A stretch of DNA of 62,939 nt, counting the filler. It is 7 parts of 7 records of this genome, joined end to end, with 100 filler letters (N's around TTAATTAATTAA, not from the genome) between each part and the next. Parts side by side here need not be neighbours in the genome. Positions count along the whole stretch, not along the records: positions 10,059 to 22,156 come from SRR31156797_13671; positions 22,257 to 31,840 come from SRR31156797_13672; 5 more parts are not named here. One strand, given 5' to 3'. The translations under genes and the position numbers were made by a program. The number at the start of each line of letters is the position of its first letter. The first letter of the stretch is position 1. The notes beneath the pieces are model-generated. The model ran no database searches and had not been told where the DNA came from. It saw nothing but the letters and a program-made list of their open reading frames with translations. Below are positions 18,059 to 27,259 of the stretch, in pieces.

Positions 18059-20893
18059 TTATTTCTCTTTTATTTTGCTAATAGGAAGTTCAATAGTAAA
18101 TATTGAACCATTAGCAGTATTTTGGACTCTTAAATTTCCTTCACAATGTTCATTAATGATGATTCGACTCATATATAAACCTAAACCAGTACCATCTTTT
18201 TTATTTTTTGTTGAAAAGTATGGGTCAAAGATTTTATCTATGATAGATTCATCTATTCCTCCACCGTTGTCAGAAATATGTATTAAGACTTTAGATTTTT
18301 CAATAACTGTAGAAATTGAAATTTCTCGTTTTTCTTTTTGCTTTTCTACTAAAGCATCTTCTGCATTTTTTAATATATTTAATATAACTTGTTGCAATTC
18401 ACTTGGATATGTAAATAAAACTATCTCTTTATGGACATTTTTATTTAATATAATAGATTTTGAGTCCATAGAAGTTTTAATAATAGATAAAGACCTTTCA
18501 ATTATGTCATATAAAATAAATTCTGTTTTTTCTTTGTCTGATTTAAAAAAGTTTCTAAAATCATCGATTGTTGAAGATAAGTATTGAGAATAATCTGTAA
18601 TCAATTTTAATTCATGCTCAAATAAATCTTTATCAACTTTTTCTTCAATCATCATTTTTAAAATAAGATTATTGGTTGTTGCTGAAATAGCAGAAAGTGG
18701 CTGTCGCCATTGATGTGCTATCATAGATATCATCTCTCCCATTTGTGCTAGTCTACTTTGTTGTACTAGTTGTTGAGTATTTATTTCATTTTTCCTAATC
18801 TCTTCTTTTACCTTTTTCTCAAGGTTGATATTCAAATCTTCAAGTTTTTGTTCAAGGTTCTTTCTGTTTGTAATATCTCTTAATACAGCATGGACAACTT
18901 TTTCCTTATCCATTTCAATAGCAGTAAATACAATCTCAACCCAGATGCTGTAACCATTTCCGTTTGTTAAAATCCATTCAAATGAAAATGTTCCTCTTTT
19001 AATGGCAAAATTTAAATACTCTTTTGCAAGTTTTTCAGATAAAAGACCATTTTGTTGCCTTAAAGGAGAGATTGAGCCTAAAGTTCTGTTTAATAGCTCA
19101 TTCTCTTCATATCTTAGTATTTTGAGTGTAGATTCATTACAATCTGAGAAAACTCCATTTGTAATCAAAATAACACCATCTGCTGATTTATTATAAAGGT
19201 TTTCAAAAAGAAGTTTTTGAGTTGCAAGTTCAATTGTCTTTTTTTCAATCTCTTCATTTGCACGAGTAAGCTCTTTATTTAGCTTATCCAAGATGTAATG
19301 TCTATAAGCAAATATACCAATCAGAAGTATCAAAATTACCGCAATTTCCCAAAAGTAAGTAAAATCAAAAATAGTTTCAAAAGATACAGTTGACCATTTA
19401 TTGTTGATATTTCTATATTCACTTTGAGTAATCATATTTAATGATTTGTTTAAAATACTCAAAAGCTTTTCATTGTCTTTGTTTACAGCCATATTAACGC
19501 TATAAGACATATTTGTATATCTTGATATATAAATATTTTTCATTGCATACTTAGACATAAAATATGAAGCAATAGGCAATGGTTCCAGAGCATAATATGC
19601 TTTTCCTAAACTAACTGCTTCTAAAGCTTTTCTGTCAGATTCTGTTTGAATAATAGTTATATCGGGATTTCTTGATTTTAGTAAAGGAATTAAATAGGAA
19701 TCATATTTAATTGCAATTGTTTTATCAAGTATATTTTCTAAACTAGAAACAACGGGTTTGTTTTTTTGTGTGATAATTGCAAGTTTATAGTTTAGATAAG
19801 GGTTTGTAGTATTTGCAAAGTCTATAATTTCATTACTATTTGTTACAGTTGAAATGAAATCACATTTTCCATTTTTTAGATAATATTTTGATTCTAGCCA
19901 AGAGTTTGTATCTATAAAATCAAATTGAATTCCTGTAAATTCAGATATTTTAAAAAGAGTATCTACAACAATCCCTTTATATAAACCATTTTCTTTAAAC
20001 TCGATTGGTGTTAAATCTTTTCTTGCACAAACTCTAAACACTTTTCTTGATGCTATGTATTTAAGTTCATCGTAGCTTAAAAAGTTATTTACTTCCTTTG
20101 GTTCAATGTCTTTAGTCCCAAACCATTTTCTTTTCAGTTTGAGAATCTCTTCATCATCGACACCTTTTTGTGCTTTTTCAATAATAGATTTTAATAAAAT
20201 ATTGTGTTTTGCTACACCAATTCTTATCAAACTAACCATTCTGTTATCATCAATATAATTAGTAGGTACAATTCCAGATATATTATTTTGTGCAATTATA
20301 AAATCTATAACATTCTTTTTTCCAATAGTTGCATCACCTTTGCCTAAAGATAACTCTTTTAATGCTTCAAGGTTATCTTTTACAAGTATTTGTTTTATAT
20401 TTGGGTAGTATTTTTCGATTGCTCTTTGAGCAAAAAAACCTCTTGGCATGATAATTGTTTTATTTTTTAGTTCTTCAAGGGAATCAAGGTTTTCATTGCC
20501 ATTTCTTACATATATGGCATTTGCAGCAGTGTGAAAAATTGAAGAAAAAGCAATGGTTTTTGCTCTTTCTTCATTTTTTGAGATATTAATCATTGCATCG
20601 ATTTCACCAGTTTGCAACATTTTCATAAATTCATTCCATGATGGACCAGTTACATAAGTAACATCTACACCTAATTTTTTTGCGAGTAGATTCATATAAT
20701 CAATAGAGAAACCTTTTGGTACACCATTTTCATTGTAGTTAAAAGGTGGCCAGTTTAATTCGTTGTGTAGTTTTAAAGGAGAGTGTTTCTTTAAAAAATC
20801 TTTTTCTTCTGGTGTAAGATTGATTTTGTCGCTAGAATAAAGAGTAATTGTAAATAGTAAAGTATATATAATAAATAATATTATTTTCAACAT
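18059..20893 (-). CDS. Sensor histidine kinase with two periplasmic solute-binding (family 3) domains and PAS
   Basis: NWPPFNY...GFSIDY and a second SBP repeat, TM, PAS (...RDITNRK), IAHQWRQPL, DNGGG, GTGLGL. Confidence 0.9.
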   Translation of the reverse strand: MLKIILFIIYTLLFTITLYSSDKINLTPEEKDFLKKHSPLKLHNELNWPPFNYNENGVPKGFSIDYMNLLAKKLGVDVTYVTGPSWNEFMKMLQTGEIDAMINISKNEERAKTIAFSSIFHTAANAIYVRNGNENLDSLEELKNKTIIMPRGFFAQRAIEKYYPNIKQILVKDNLEALKELSLGKGDATIGKKNVIDFIIAQNNISGIVPTNYIDDNRMVSLIRIGVAKHNILLKSIIEKAQKGVDDEEILKLKRKWFGTKDIEPKEVNNFLSYDELKYIASRKVFRVCARKDLTPIEFKENGLYKGIVVDTLFKISEFTGIQFDFIDTNSWLESKYYLKNGKCDFISTVTNSNEIIDFANTTNPYLNYKLAIITQKNKPVVSSLENILDKTIAIKYDSYLIPLLKSRNPDITIIQTESDRKALEAVSLGKAYYALEPLPIASYFMSKYAMKNIYISRYTNMSYSVNMAVNKDNEKLLSILNKSLNMITQSEYRNINNKWSTVSFETIFDFTYFWEIAVILILLIGIFAYRHYILDKLNKELTRANEEIEKKTIELATQKLLFENLYNKSADGVILITNGVFSDCNESTLKILRYEENELLNRTLGSISPLRQQNGLLSEKLAKEYLNFAIKRGTFSFEWILTNGNGYSIWVEIVFTAIEMDKEKVVHAVLRDITNRKNLEQKLEDLNINLEKKVKEEIRKNEINTQQLVQQSRLAQMGEMISMIAHQWRQPLSAISATTNNLILKMMIEEKVDKDLFEHELKLITDYSQYLSSTIDDFRNFFKSDKEKTEFILYDIIERSLSIIKTSMDSKSIILNKNVHKEIVLFTYPSELQQVILNILKNAEDALVEKQKEKREISISTVIEKSKVLIHISDNGGGIDESIIDKIFDPYFSTKNKKDGTGLGLYMSRIIINEHCEGNLRVQNTANGSIFTIELPISKIKEK

Positions 20894-20917
20894 AATCCCT
20901 TCAATTTAAAATTAAAG

Positions 20918-20948
20918 ATTATAACTAAAGATTGTCTAATTTTTGTCT
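20918..20948 (-). promoter_or_regulatory. Putative internal promoter for the kinase-GGDEF genes with an 11-bp-period direct repeat
   Basis: Minus strand AGACAA-aaatt-AGACAA, 8 nt, then TATAAT (20918-20923). Confidence 0.5.
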
Positions 20949-20961
20949 CAAAAAAAGAAAA

Positions 20962-21702
20962 TTAATCTTTTTTTTGTTTTAGTTTATATCCGTGTCCATA
21001 GATAGATTCAAAAAGATCAAAATCTAATTTAGTTTTTAGCCTAGACATAAGGTTTCTAACCCTTTTACTATTTGAAGTGATATCATCAAAAATGAAAGAC
21101 TCAATGTCATCATAGGACTTTAAAGCACTTTTAGAGCGAGCAAAAAGTTTAAATAGTTTTAATTCTGATTTTGTTAGTTTTAGTACTTTTTCATTTTTAT
21201 AAAGTGCATTTTCTTCATCATTCCAGATGAAATCATTTTCAAGGATTAGTATATTTTCTACTTCATCATTATTTTTTAAATCCTCTTTTTGAATTAGTTT
21301 CATTAATGAATTAGAAATTTGTTCAATGCTATATGGTTTTAGAATATAACCAACAATTCCAGCATCAATTGTTTTTAGAAAATAGTCAGTTCTACTATGT
21401 GCAGTGAATATTAAAATAGGAATTTTATTGTCTATCTCTCTAATCTTATTAATCATAGTTATACCATCAATTTCTGGCATTTCAATGTCTGTTATGATTA
21501 AATCAAAAATTGATTCAGCATCTTTATTTTTCTCTTTAAATAGTGTTAAACCCTCTTGTCCATTTGTTCCAACTTCAATATTGTCGAAAAAAAGATTTAA
21601 CATTTTTAAAGTTTGTTCTCTAACATCAATGTTATCTTCAATATATAAAACATGCAGTTTTTTAGTAATTGAAATAATCTTCTTTATCTGTTCTTGGTTC
21701 AA
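20962..21702 (-). CDS. OmpR-family response regulator
   Basis: LYIED, ITDIEMP, YILKP, C-terminal SIYGHGYKL. Confidence 0.9.
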   Translation of the reverse strand: MNQEQIKKIISITKKLHVLYIEDNIDVREQTLKMLNLFFDNIEVGTNGQEGLTLFKEKNKDAESIFDLIITDIEMPEIDGITMINKIREIDNKIPILIFTAHSRTDYFLKTIDAGIVGYILKPYSIEQISNSLMKLIQKEDLKNNDEVENILILENDFIWNDEENALYKNEKVLKLTKSELKLFKLFARSKSALKSYDDIESFIFDDITSNSKRVRNLMSRLKTKLDFDLFESIYGHGYKLKQKKD

Positions 21703-21746
21703 TTTGCAACCTCAATTTAAGTTTTTTTATTAAGTAAATTAAAAGA

Positions 21747-21755
21747 ATTATAACA
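21747..21755 (-). promoter_or_regulatory. Extended -10 promoter (TGnTATAAT)
   Basis: Minus strand TGTTATAAT about 45 bp upstream of the response regulator start. Confidence 0.5.
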
Positions 21756-21794
21756 GAAACAAGTAAATAATAACATTAAATATAGAAAAGTAAT

Positions 21795-21828
21795 AAAAAA
21801 GGTCAAGGAGTGAGTCCCCTTGACCTTT
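21795..21828 (-). terminator. Intrinsic terminator after ccsA
   Basis: AAAGGTCAAGG / CCTTGACCTTT stem ending in a T run on the minus strand. Confidence 0.8.
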
Positions 21829-21840
21829 AATAGTGAGAAG

Positions 21841-22155
21841 TTAATTTTTAGAAGTAATATCTCTATTTTTATATGCTAAAGCAATAGTTATAAATACAGT
21901 TGCTGTAACATAATATACCCACATAGGGATTGGTACAGGATCACCTGTAGCATAAGAGTGCATTCCTGATAAGTAGAAGTTAACACCAAAATATGTCATT
22001 AAGATTGTACTAAATGCTAATAATGAAGCTACAGAGAATACAAATGGGGTACTTAAAGGTTTAACAAATCTTAAGTGTACAACTATAGCATATACTACAA
22101 TTGATACATAAGCCCAAGTTTCTTTAGGATCCCATCCCCAATATCTACCCCAAGA
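21841..22155 (-). CDS. ccsA: Cytochrome c biogenesis protein CcsA/CcsBA (system II), C-terminal fragment
   Basis: Not in the ORF track. Manual translation gives SWGRYWGWDPKETW (WWD domain) ...GVNFYLSGMHSYA... Confidence 0.92.
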   Translation of the reverse strand, partial: SWGRYWGWDPKETWAYVSIVVYAIVVHLRFVKPLSTPFVFSVASLLAFSTILMTYFGVNFYLSGMHSYATGDPVPIPMWVYYVTATVFITIALAYKNRDITSKN

Positions 22156-22156
22156 T

Positions 22157-22256
22157 NNNNNNNNNNNNNNNNNNNNNNNNNNNNNNNNNNNNNNNNNNNN
22201 TTAATTAATTAANNNNNNNNNNNNNNNNNNNNNNNNNNNNNNNNNNNNNNNNNNNN
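22157..22256. other. Artificial contig spacer
   Basis: 44 N + TTAATTAATTAA + 44 N. Confidence 0.98.
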
Positions 22257-22257
22257 A

Positions 22258-22314
22258 TTACGTATTGAAAAAGATGGTAAAGTGCTAACTAAGCCAATTA
22301 TTATTAAGAAATAA
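22258..22314 (+). CDS. C-terminal tail of a probable T9SS type A sorting domain protein
   Basis: LRIEKDGKVLTKPIIIKK* resembles the end of Bacteroidota T9SS CTDs. Only 18 aa are visible. Confidence 0.45.
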   Translation, partial: LRIEKDGKVLTKPIIIKK

Positions 22315-22358
22315 AGGAGATATAAAATAAATGAGAATGAGGTGTCAGAAATGATGCC

Positions 22359-23009
22359 TCATTTTTCATTTGTACCTTTAAGCATGGGTACAAAGGAGAA
22401 GCTACCATATTTTTCTTCAGTTAAACTACCATCTTCGTTTTTGATGTAACGATACATTTCCTGCACTCTTCCTCCACCAATAGGAGCTACTAAAAATCCA
22501 CCTGGTTTTAATTGTTCAATAAGCACTTCTGGAAGTGATGGAGCGCCACATGTGATCAAAATTTTATCGTATGGTCCGTAGGCAGGTTGTCCTTTGTAAC
22601 CATCGCCATAGAAAAAGTGAATGCGTTTGTAATCCATTCTACGCAAGGTCTTTTGTGAAAAGTGGAAGAGCTCTTTTTGACGTTCTATGGTGTATACTTT
22701 AGCTTTGAGTACCGATAATATAGCGGCTTGATAGCCTGACCCTGTGCCAATTTCTAAAATCTTATCTCCCGGCTGTACTTCCAGCAATTCTGTTTGAAAT
22801 GCTACTGTAAACGGTTGTGAAATGGTTTGTCCACTACCTATCGGGAAAGGTTTGTCATCATATGCTTGTTCTGTAAATGCACTGTCGAAAAAAAAGTGGC
22901 GAGGTACCTGGTTTACTGCATCAAGTACCTTGGGATCAGATATACCTTTTCTCTCGATTTCATAAACCAATTGTTGTCTTAGCCCCTTATGTCTGAAAGT
23001 ATCTTCCAT
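22359..23009 (-). CDS. pcm: Protein-L-isoaspartate O-methyltransferase
   Basis: VPRHFF, GQTISQP, LEIGTGSGYQAA, FVPML. Confidence 0.95.
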   Translation of the reverse strand: MEDTFRHKGLRQQLVYEIERKGISDPKVLDAVNQVPRHFFFDSAFTEQAYDDKPFPIGSGQTISQPFTVAFQTELLEVQPGDKILEIGTGSGYQAAILSVLKAKVYTIERQKELFHFSQKTLRRMDYKRIHFFYGDGYKGQPAYGPYDKILITCGAPSLPEVLIEQLKPGGFLVAPIGGGRVQEMYRYIKNEDGSLTEEKYGSFSFVPMLKGTNEK

Positions 23010-23027
23010 CCATTAAAAATTGGATAA

Positions 23028-23035
23028 CGAAGATA
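23028..23035 (-). promoter_or_regulatory. Bacteroidota -7 promoter element for pcm (TATCTTCG)
   Basis: Near match to TAnnTTTG, about 19 bp upstream of the ATG. Confidence 0.45.
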
Positions 23036-23314
23036 GTAAAATATGCTTAAAATTGACCTTAAAATTAACCAGATATAATAGTGGATTTGTTCCTTCGGGA
23101 TCAGGTTTTAGTTGATTTCACTGAGGGTGAAATAGTTGCTGGAAATGGTGCATAGGTTACAATTCGCCAAATGTTTAACATTGCTTTAACAATTATCATA
23201 CACCTTGTTTTTATTATATGTATCTCATTGCTAATTGTTTGGGGTTTGTTTTGTTATAAAAGTGGAGCTGGAAAATAATTGGTCGTTTAGGACATTAATA
23301 CAAGCATAATTTCA

Positions 23315-23322
23315 TAAATTTG
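23315..23322 (+). promoter_or_regulatory. Bacteroidota -7 promoter element (TAAATTTG) for the five-gene operon
   Basis: Exact TAnnTTTG, 21 bp upstream of ATG 23344. Confidence 0.55.
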
Positions 23323-23343
23323 AGATAATTACTGCAAAAGCCT

Positions 23344-24123
23344 ATGTTTCAATCCTACGAAAAACTAGACAAGTACGCCAAGCGGCGTGAAGTTGTCTTT
23401 GTAATTTTAGCTGGTCTATTTCTCGGAACACTTGCTATGCTAAATATTCTGGGTATTTCCAGACAGCTTGATTTGACCTTCGAAATTTTTAACTTAAAAA
23501 TACCTGTTTATTTATTTGTGGGTGTGCTACCCTATCCTATAACATTTTTATGTACAGACTTTATAAGCGAGCTTTATGGAAAAGAGCGTGCACGAGCTGT
23601 AGTTATAACAGGTTTAATAATTAACATTTGGGTGCTTTTTATTTTGTATATAGGAGGGGTGCTTCCTATAGTTCCACCAATGGAAGCTGGAGAGGTTGTT
23701 CCTGCCGTGGATGATCCAAGTTATGCCTTTTATGAAATACGCCGTCTGACTTTTGGTGCTACAATGGCTTCCATGATAGCTTACCTTACAGCTCAATTTG
23801 TGGATGTTCATGTTTTTCATTTCCTAAAACGACTCACTAAAGGAAAGCACTTATGGTTGAGAAATAATGGTTCTACTTTAATAAGTCAGTTGGTTGATAG
23901 TGTATCAGTTACCTTAATTACATACTATTATGCTCAAGCTATTCAGATAAAAGAAGATAGCGTGTATCATACCTTAATGGTTTTGATTATTTCCGGTTAT
24001 GTTTTTAAATTAATATCAGCATTGTTGGATACTATTCCATTTTATATTGGGGTGAAAATCTTTTCAAAATACCTTAATATCGACCCTAATGAAAAGTATA
24101 AAGAAAATCCTAAAGAAGACTAA
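23344..24123 (+). CDS. yhhQ: Queuosine precursor transporter (YhhQ/QPTR, Vut_1 family)
   Basis: PYPITFLCTDFISELYG, ASMIAYLTAQFVDV, WLRNNGSTLISQLVDS, DTIPFY. Confidence 0.88.
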   Translation: MFQSYEKLDKYAKRREVVFVILAGLFLGTLAMLNILGISRQLDLTFEIFNLKIPVYLFVGVLPYPITFLCTDFISELYGKERARAVVITGLIINIWVLFILYIGGVLPIVPPMEAGEVVPAVDDPSYAFYEIRRLTFGATMASMIAYLTAQFVDVHVFHFLKRLTKGKHLWLRNNGSTLISQLVDSVSVTLITYYYAQAIQIKEDSVYHTLMVLIISGYVFKLISALLDTIPFYIGVKIFSKYLNIDPNEKYKENPKED

Positions 24124-27100
24124 ATGGCAAGATCATTAAACATATCGAAAGCACTGAGTATTCGCAAAGAGGAGCAGGCATCAGTTTATCTATTGCTTTC
24201 ACAAACTGTGTTTTTAGGTATTTTTTTAGCTCTTTTTGATATTTCAACTACTTCGCTGTTTATTAATGCCTACGGAGAATCAATGATTTCCAAAGCATTT
24301 CTTTTGTCTGGTGTTTTAGGTTTTATTATGTCTGCCATTTATTACAGGGCTCAAAATTCATGGTCTTTCTCCAAATTGGTTGTAAATAATCTGTTATTTA
24401 TTTCTGTCGTTACAGTGTTGATACGGGTTTCTTTTTATTTCAGCGATAGTAATGTTCTCATTTTTACGGCTTTTATATTAATGGGGCCATTGAATTTGTT
24501 AGGAATTGTTGGTTTCTGGGGTATGGCTGGCCGATTGTTTACTTTGCGTCAGGGTAAAAGATTATTTAGTTTAATTGATGCTGGTCAGACCTTTGGAATG
24601 ATTTTAATTAGTTTTTTGATTCCGATTCTTTTAAATGTTCTAGCCAACAATAAAGACTTACTTTTCATTAGTGCCGCATCAATCCTGGTTGCATTATTTA
24701 TTCAGGTGATTATTGTCCGTCGATTTGATCTAAATAAGGAGCAGAGAGCGATGGATGAGGATAAGGAGAAAGTAGCGGTTAAAAAATTGAAGCTAGCCGA
24801 CATTTACAATAACAGATACCTAAGGTCAATGTCATCATACGTAGTGCTTTCTATGTTAGCTGCCTTTTACATGTTTTATATTTTCTTACCCACAACAAAG
24901 AATCTTTATCCGGGAGAGAATGAATATACTGTATTTCTCGGTATGTTCACCGGTACGTTGATGATATTTACATTCCTTATTAAAACACTTGCTTACGATA
25001 AAATCACTAAGAATTATGGAATAAAAGTTAATCTGCTATTACCACCTTTCTTATTGGGAATCTTTGTAATACTTGCCACACTTACCGGTTTTTTCTTTGG
25101 AACTTCACCCGGTGTCACCAGCTATGTTTTGTTTTTCTTATTTGTTGCTTTGGGCCGGTTGTTTTCTGTATCGCTAAAAAATGCTATTGAAATACCATCC
25201 CAGAAAATTCTTTATCAATCATTGGACATTTCCATTAGACATAAGGTGCAAGTGGCTCTTGATGGAATGGTAAATGAAATTGCAACCATTACGGCGGGTA
25301 TATTGCTTTTTATAATGGGACTTTTCGATTTTTTCACCATTATTCATTATGCAGTCTTCCTGGTAGCTATAGCAGTTATCTGGATCTTTACAGCCCTACA
25401 CGTTCATAGGGAATATAAAAATTCTTTAGGAGCTGTCTTAGAGAGTGATAGTTTATTTTTAGAAGAGCAAGTCAAACAATTAACATATAAAGATTTTGAT
25501 CCTGAAATTGATGATGAGCGTAATTTCAAGAGAATGAAAATCAATCATGGTTTAAGCCATGTACGAAATGATAATTTCTGTCGATCAATCTTTAATAAGT
25601 ATAATGATGCTGTTAATGAGGATATTGTTAGGTTTATAACAGAAAATCATGTTTTTGGGGCTTTAAAACCAATGAATCAGTTTATTGAACAAACAAAAAA
25701 TGAGATTCATAAGAACATTGTTGGCAAGGCTGCTGAAGTGCTTGAAAGTGAGTTAGATGTATGTAGTTCTGAAAGCAAAATTCGTGAATTGGTTGCTTCT
25801 CCATACCCAGCTGATAGAGCAAAAGCAGCCAAGATAATTGGCCATACTGAAAATAGCACACTTTCACATTTGATTATTACTTTACTTCGCGATTATGATC
25901 CACAAGTAAAATTATCAGCGATTTATGCTGCGGCACTTTTAAAGGACAAGAGTAGTCGTACAATTTTAATCGATTTATTGCAAGACAATCAATATAACGC
26001 TGCATGCTATGATGCATTAAAGCTTTATGGCTATGATGTGCTTGATCAACTTGAGCAGCTGTTCTACAAATCGGGGTTATCTATTTCAATTCAACTTCAA
26101 ATTATTTCGTTGTATGCATACATCGGCATTATGGCTGAAAAATTCCTTGTAAACAAACTTGAATATAGTACACATAAGGTTGTAACAGCTGCTATAAAGT
26201 CCTTGCTTAGAATTGGGTATAAGCCAAAAGTTGAAGCCTATAAGCAAAAGGTAATTCAATTATTGACTGAAGAAATTAATAATTATGCATGGAATCTGAA
26301 TATTTCAACTCAAATTTCAAAAAAAATCCATGGCCTGGAAATATTTGAAGCTTTTGAGGTTGAAAAAAACAATACCATTGAGCGTATTTATGATATTTTA
26401 ATGCTTGTATACAATAGCCAAAGCGTTGAGCAAGTTCAAAAGAATTTGAATATCGGGACATCTGAAAGTATAAGCTATGGTTTGGAGCTCTTGGATTTAT
26501 TTGTAGATGATGAAATAAAAAATATTCTGTTTATTGCTTTTGAAGATGTCTCCAATAGCGAAAAAGTTCGTCGATATCAAGATCATTTCCCTCTCCCTAA
26601 ATTAGAAGATATTGAATTACTCAACGATGTTATTAACCGAGATATAAATTATATATCCAGGTTTACAAAAGCATGTGCACTTGAAGCATTATCTCAAATT
26701 CCCGAATCAGCTATATCAGATACAACAATTGCACAGCTATTTAATAAAGATAAAATGTTGAGGCAAGAAGCTGTGCAGGCTGTAGCGAAAACTTCTCAGA
26801 CTGGTTTTGAGGAAATTATTAAACGCCTCGACCAAAAGGATCGTATTTTATTGGAAGATTTATATGATAAATCAAAGCAGAACTCTCTTTACCAGATGGT
26901 GATGCTAGCAAAAAAGATTGAAATATTCAATGATTTAGATTATAATGAGTTAACATCTTTAATAGAAGCAGCACAGATTATATATCTCAATCAGGGAAAT
27001 AACATTGAATTTACTAATAATGAGCTTGATGTCATTTTATTGCTTGACGGAGCATTAAATGTGCAGGCAAATGGTACAGATAAGAAACAAATTGAAGCTC

Positions 27101-27255
27101 CGGCAATAATTGATTTACATAGTAAGCAATATGAAGGAAATGATCAGTTTGTTGCATTACAGACCTCTCTCTTATTAATGCTACCCTATAAAAGAGTATT
27201 ACAATTTACCAATGATTTTCAACAACAGGAATTAGTTTTATCCAGAATAATTTAA
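24124..27255 (+). CDS. Fusion of NTP-translocase-like MFS domain, HEAT repeats and a degenerate cNMP-binding-like C-terminus
   Basis: About 12 hydrophobic segments in the first ~430 aa with FWGMAGRLFTLRQGKRLFSLI (Npt/TLC-like). HEAT-type LLRDYDPQVKLSAIYAA repeats. C-terminal IEIFNDL...LLDGAL cNMP-like segment. Confidence 0.7.
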   Translation: MARSLNISKALSIRKEEQASVYLLLSQTVFLGIFLALFDISTTSLFINAYGESMISKAFLLSGVLGFIMSAIYYRAQNSWSFSKLVVNNLLFISVVTVLIRVSFYFSDSNVLIFTAFILMGPLNLLGIVGFWGMAGRLFTLRQGKRLFSLIDAGQTFGMILISFLIPILLNVLANNKDLLFISAASILVALFIQVIIVRRFDLNKEQRAMDEDKEKVAVKKLKLADIYNNRYLRSMSSYVVLSMLAAFYMFYIFLPTTKNLYPGENEYTVFLGMFTGTLMIFTFLIKTLAYDKITKNYGIKVNLLLPPFLLGIFVILATLTGFFFGTSPGVTSYVLFFLFVALGRLFSVSLKNAIEIPSQKILYQSLDISIRHKVQVALDGMVNEIATITAGILLFIMGLFDFFTIIHYAVFLVAIAVIWIFTALHVHREYKNSLGAVLESDSLFLEEQVKQLTYKDFDPEIDDERNFKRMKINHGLSHVRNDNFCRSIFNKYNDAVNEDIVRFITENHVFGALKPMNQFIEQTKNEIHKNIVGKAAEVLESELDVCSSESKIRELVASPYPADRAKAAKIIGHTENSTLSHLIITLLRDYDPQVKLSAIYAAALLKDKSSRTILIDLLQDNQYNAACYDALKLYGYDVLDQLEQLFYKSGLSISIQLQIISLYAYIGIMAEKFLVNKLEYSTHKVVTAAIKSLLRIGYKPKVEAYKQKVIQLLTEEINNYAWNLNISTQISKKIHGLEIFEAFEVEKNNTIERIYDILMLVYNSQSVEQVQKNLNIGTSESISYGLELLDLFVDDEIKNILFIAFEDVSNSEKVRRYQDHFPLPKLEDIELLNDVINRDINYISRFTKACALEALSQIPESAISDTTIAQLFNKDKMLRQEAVQAVAKTSQTGFEEIIKRLDQKDRILLEDLYDKSKQNSLYQMVMLAKKIEIFNDLDYNELTSLIEAAQIIYLNQGNNIEFTNNELDVILLLDGALNVQANGTDKKQIEAPAIIDLHSKQYEGNDQFVALQTSLLLMLPYKRVLQFTNDFQQQELVLSRII

Positions 27256-27259
27256 AATA

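Noticed and set aside
23010-23343. preQ1 riboswitch upstream of yhhQ
   Set aside because: No recognisable preQ1-I stem-loop plus A-rich tail, and the likely promoter leaves only a very short leader. An Rfam scan would settle it.
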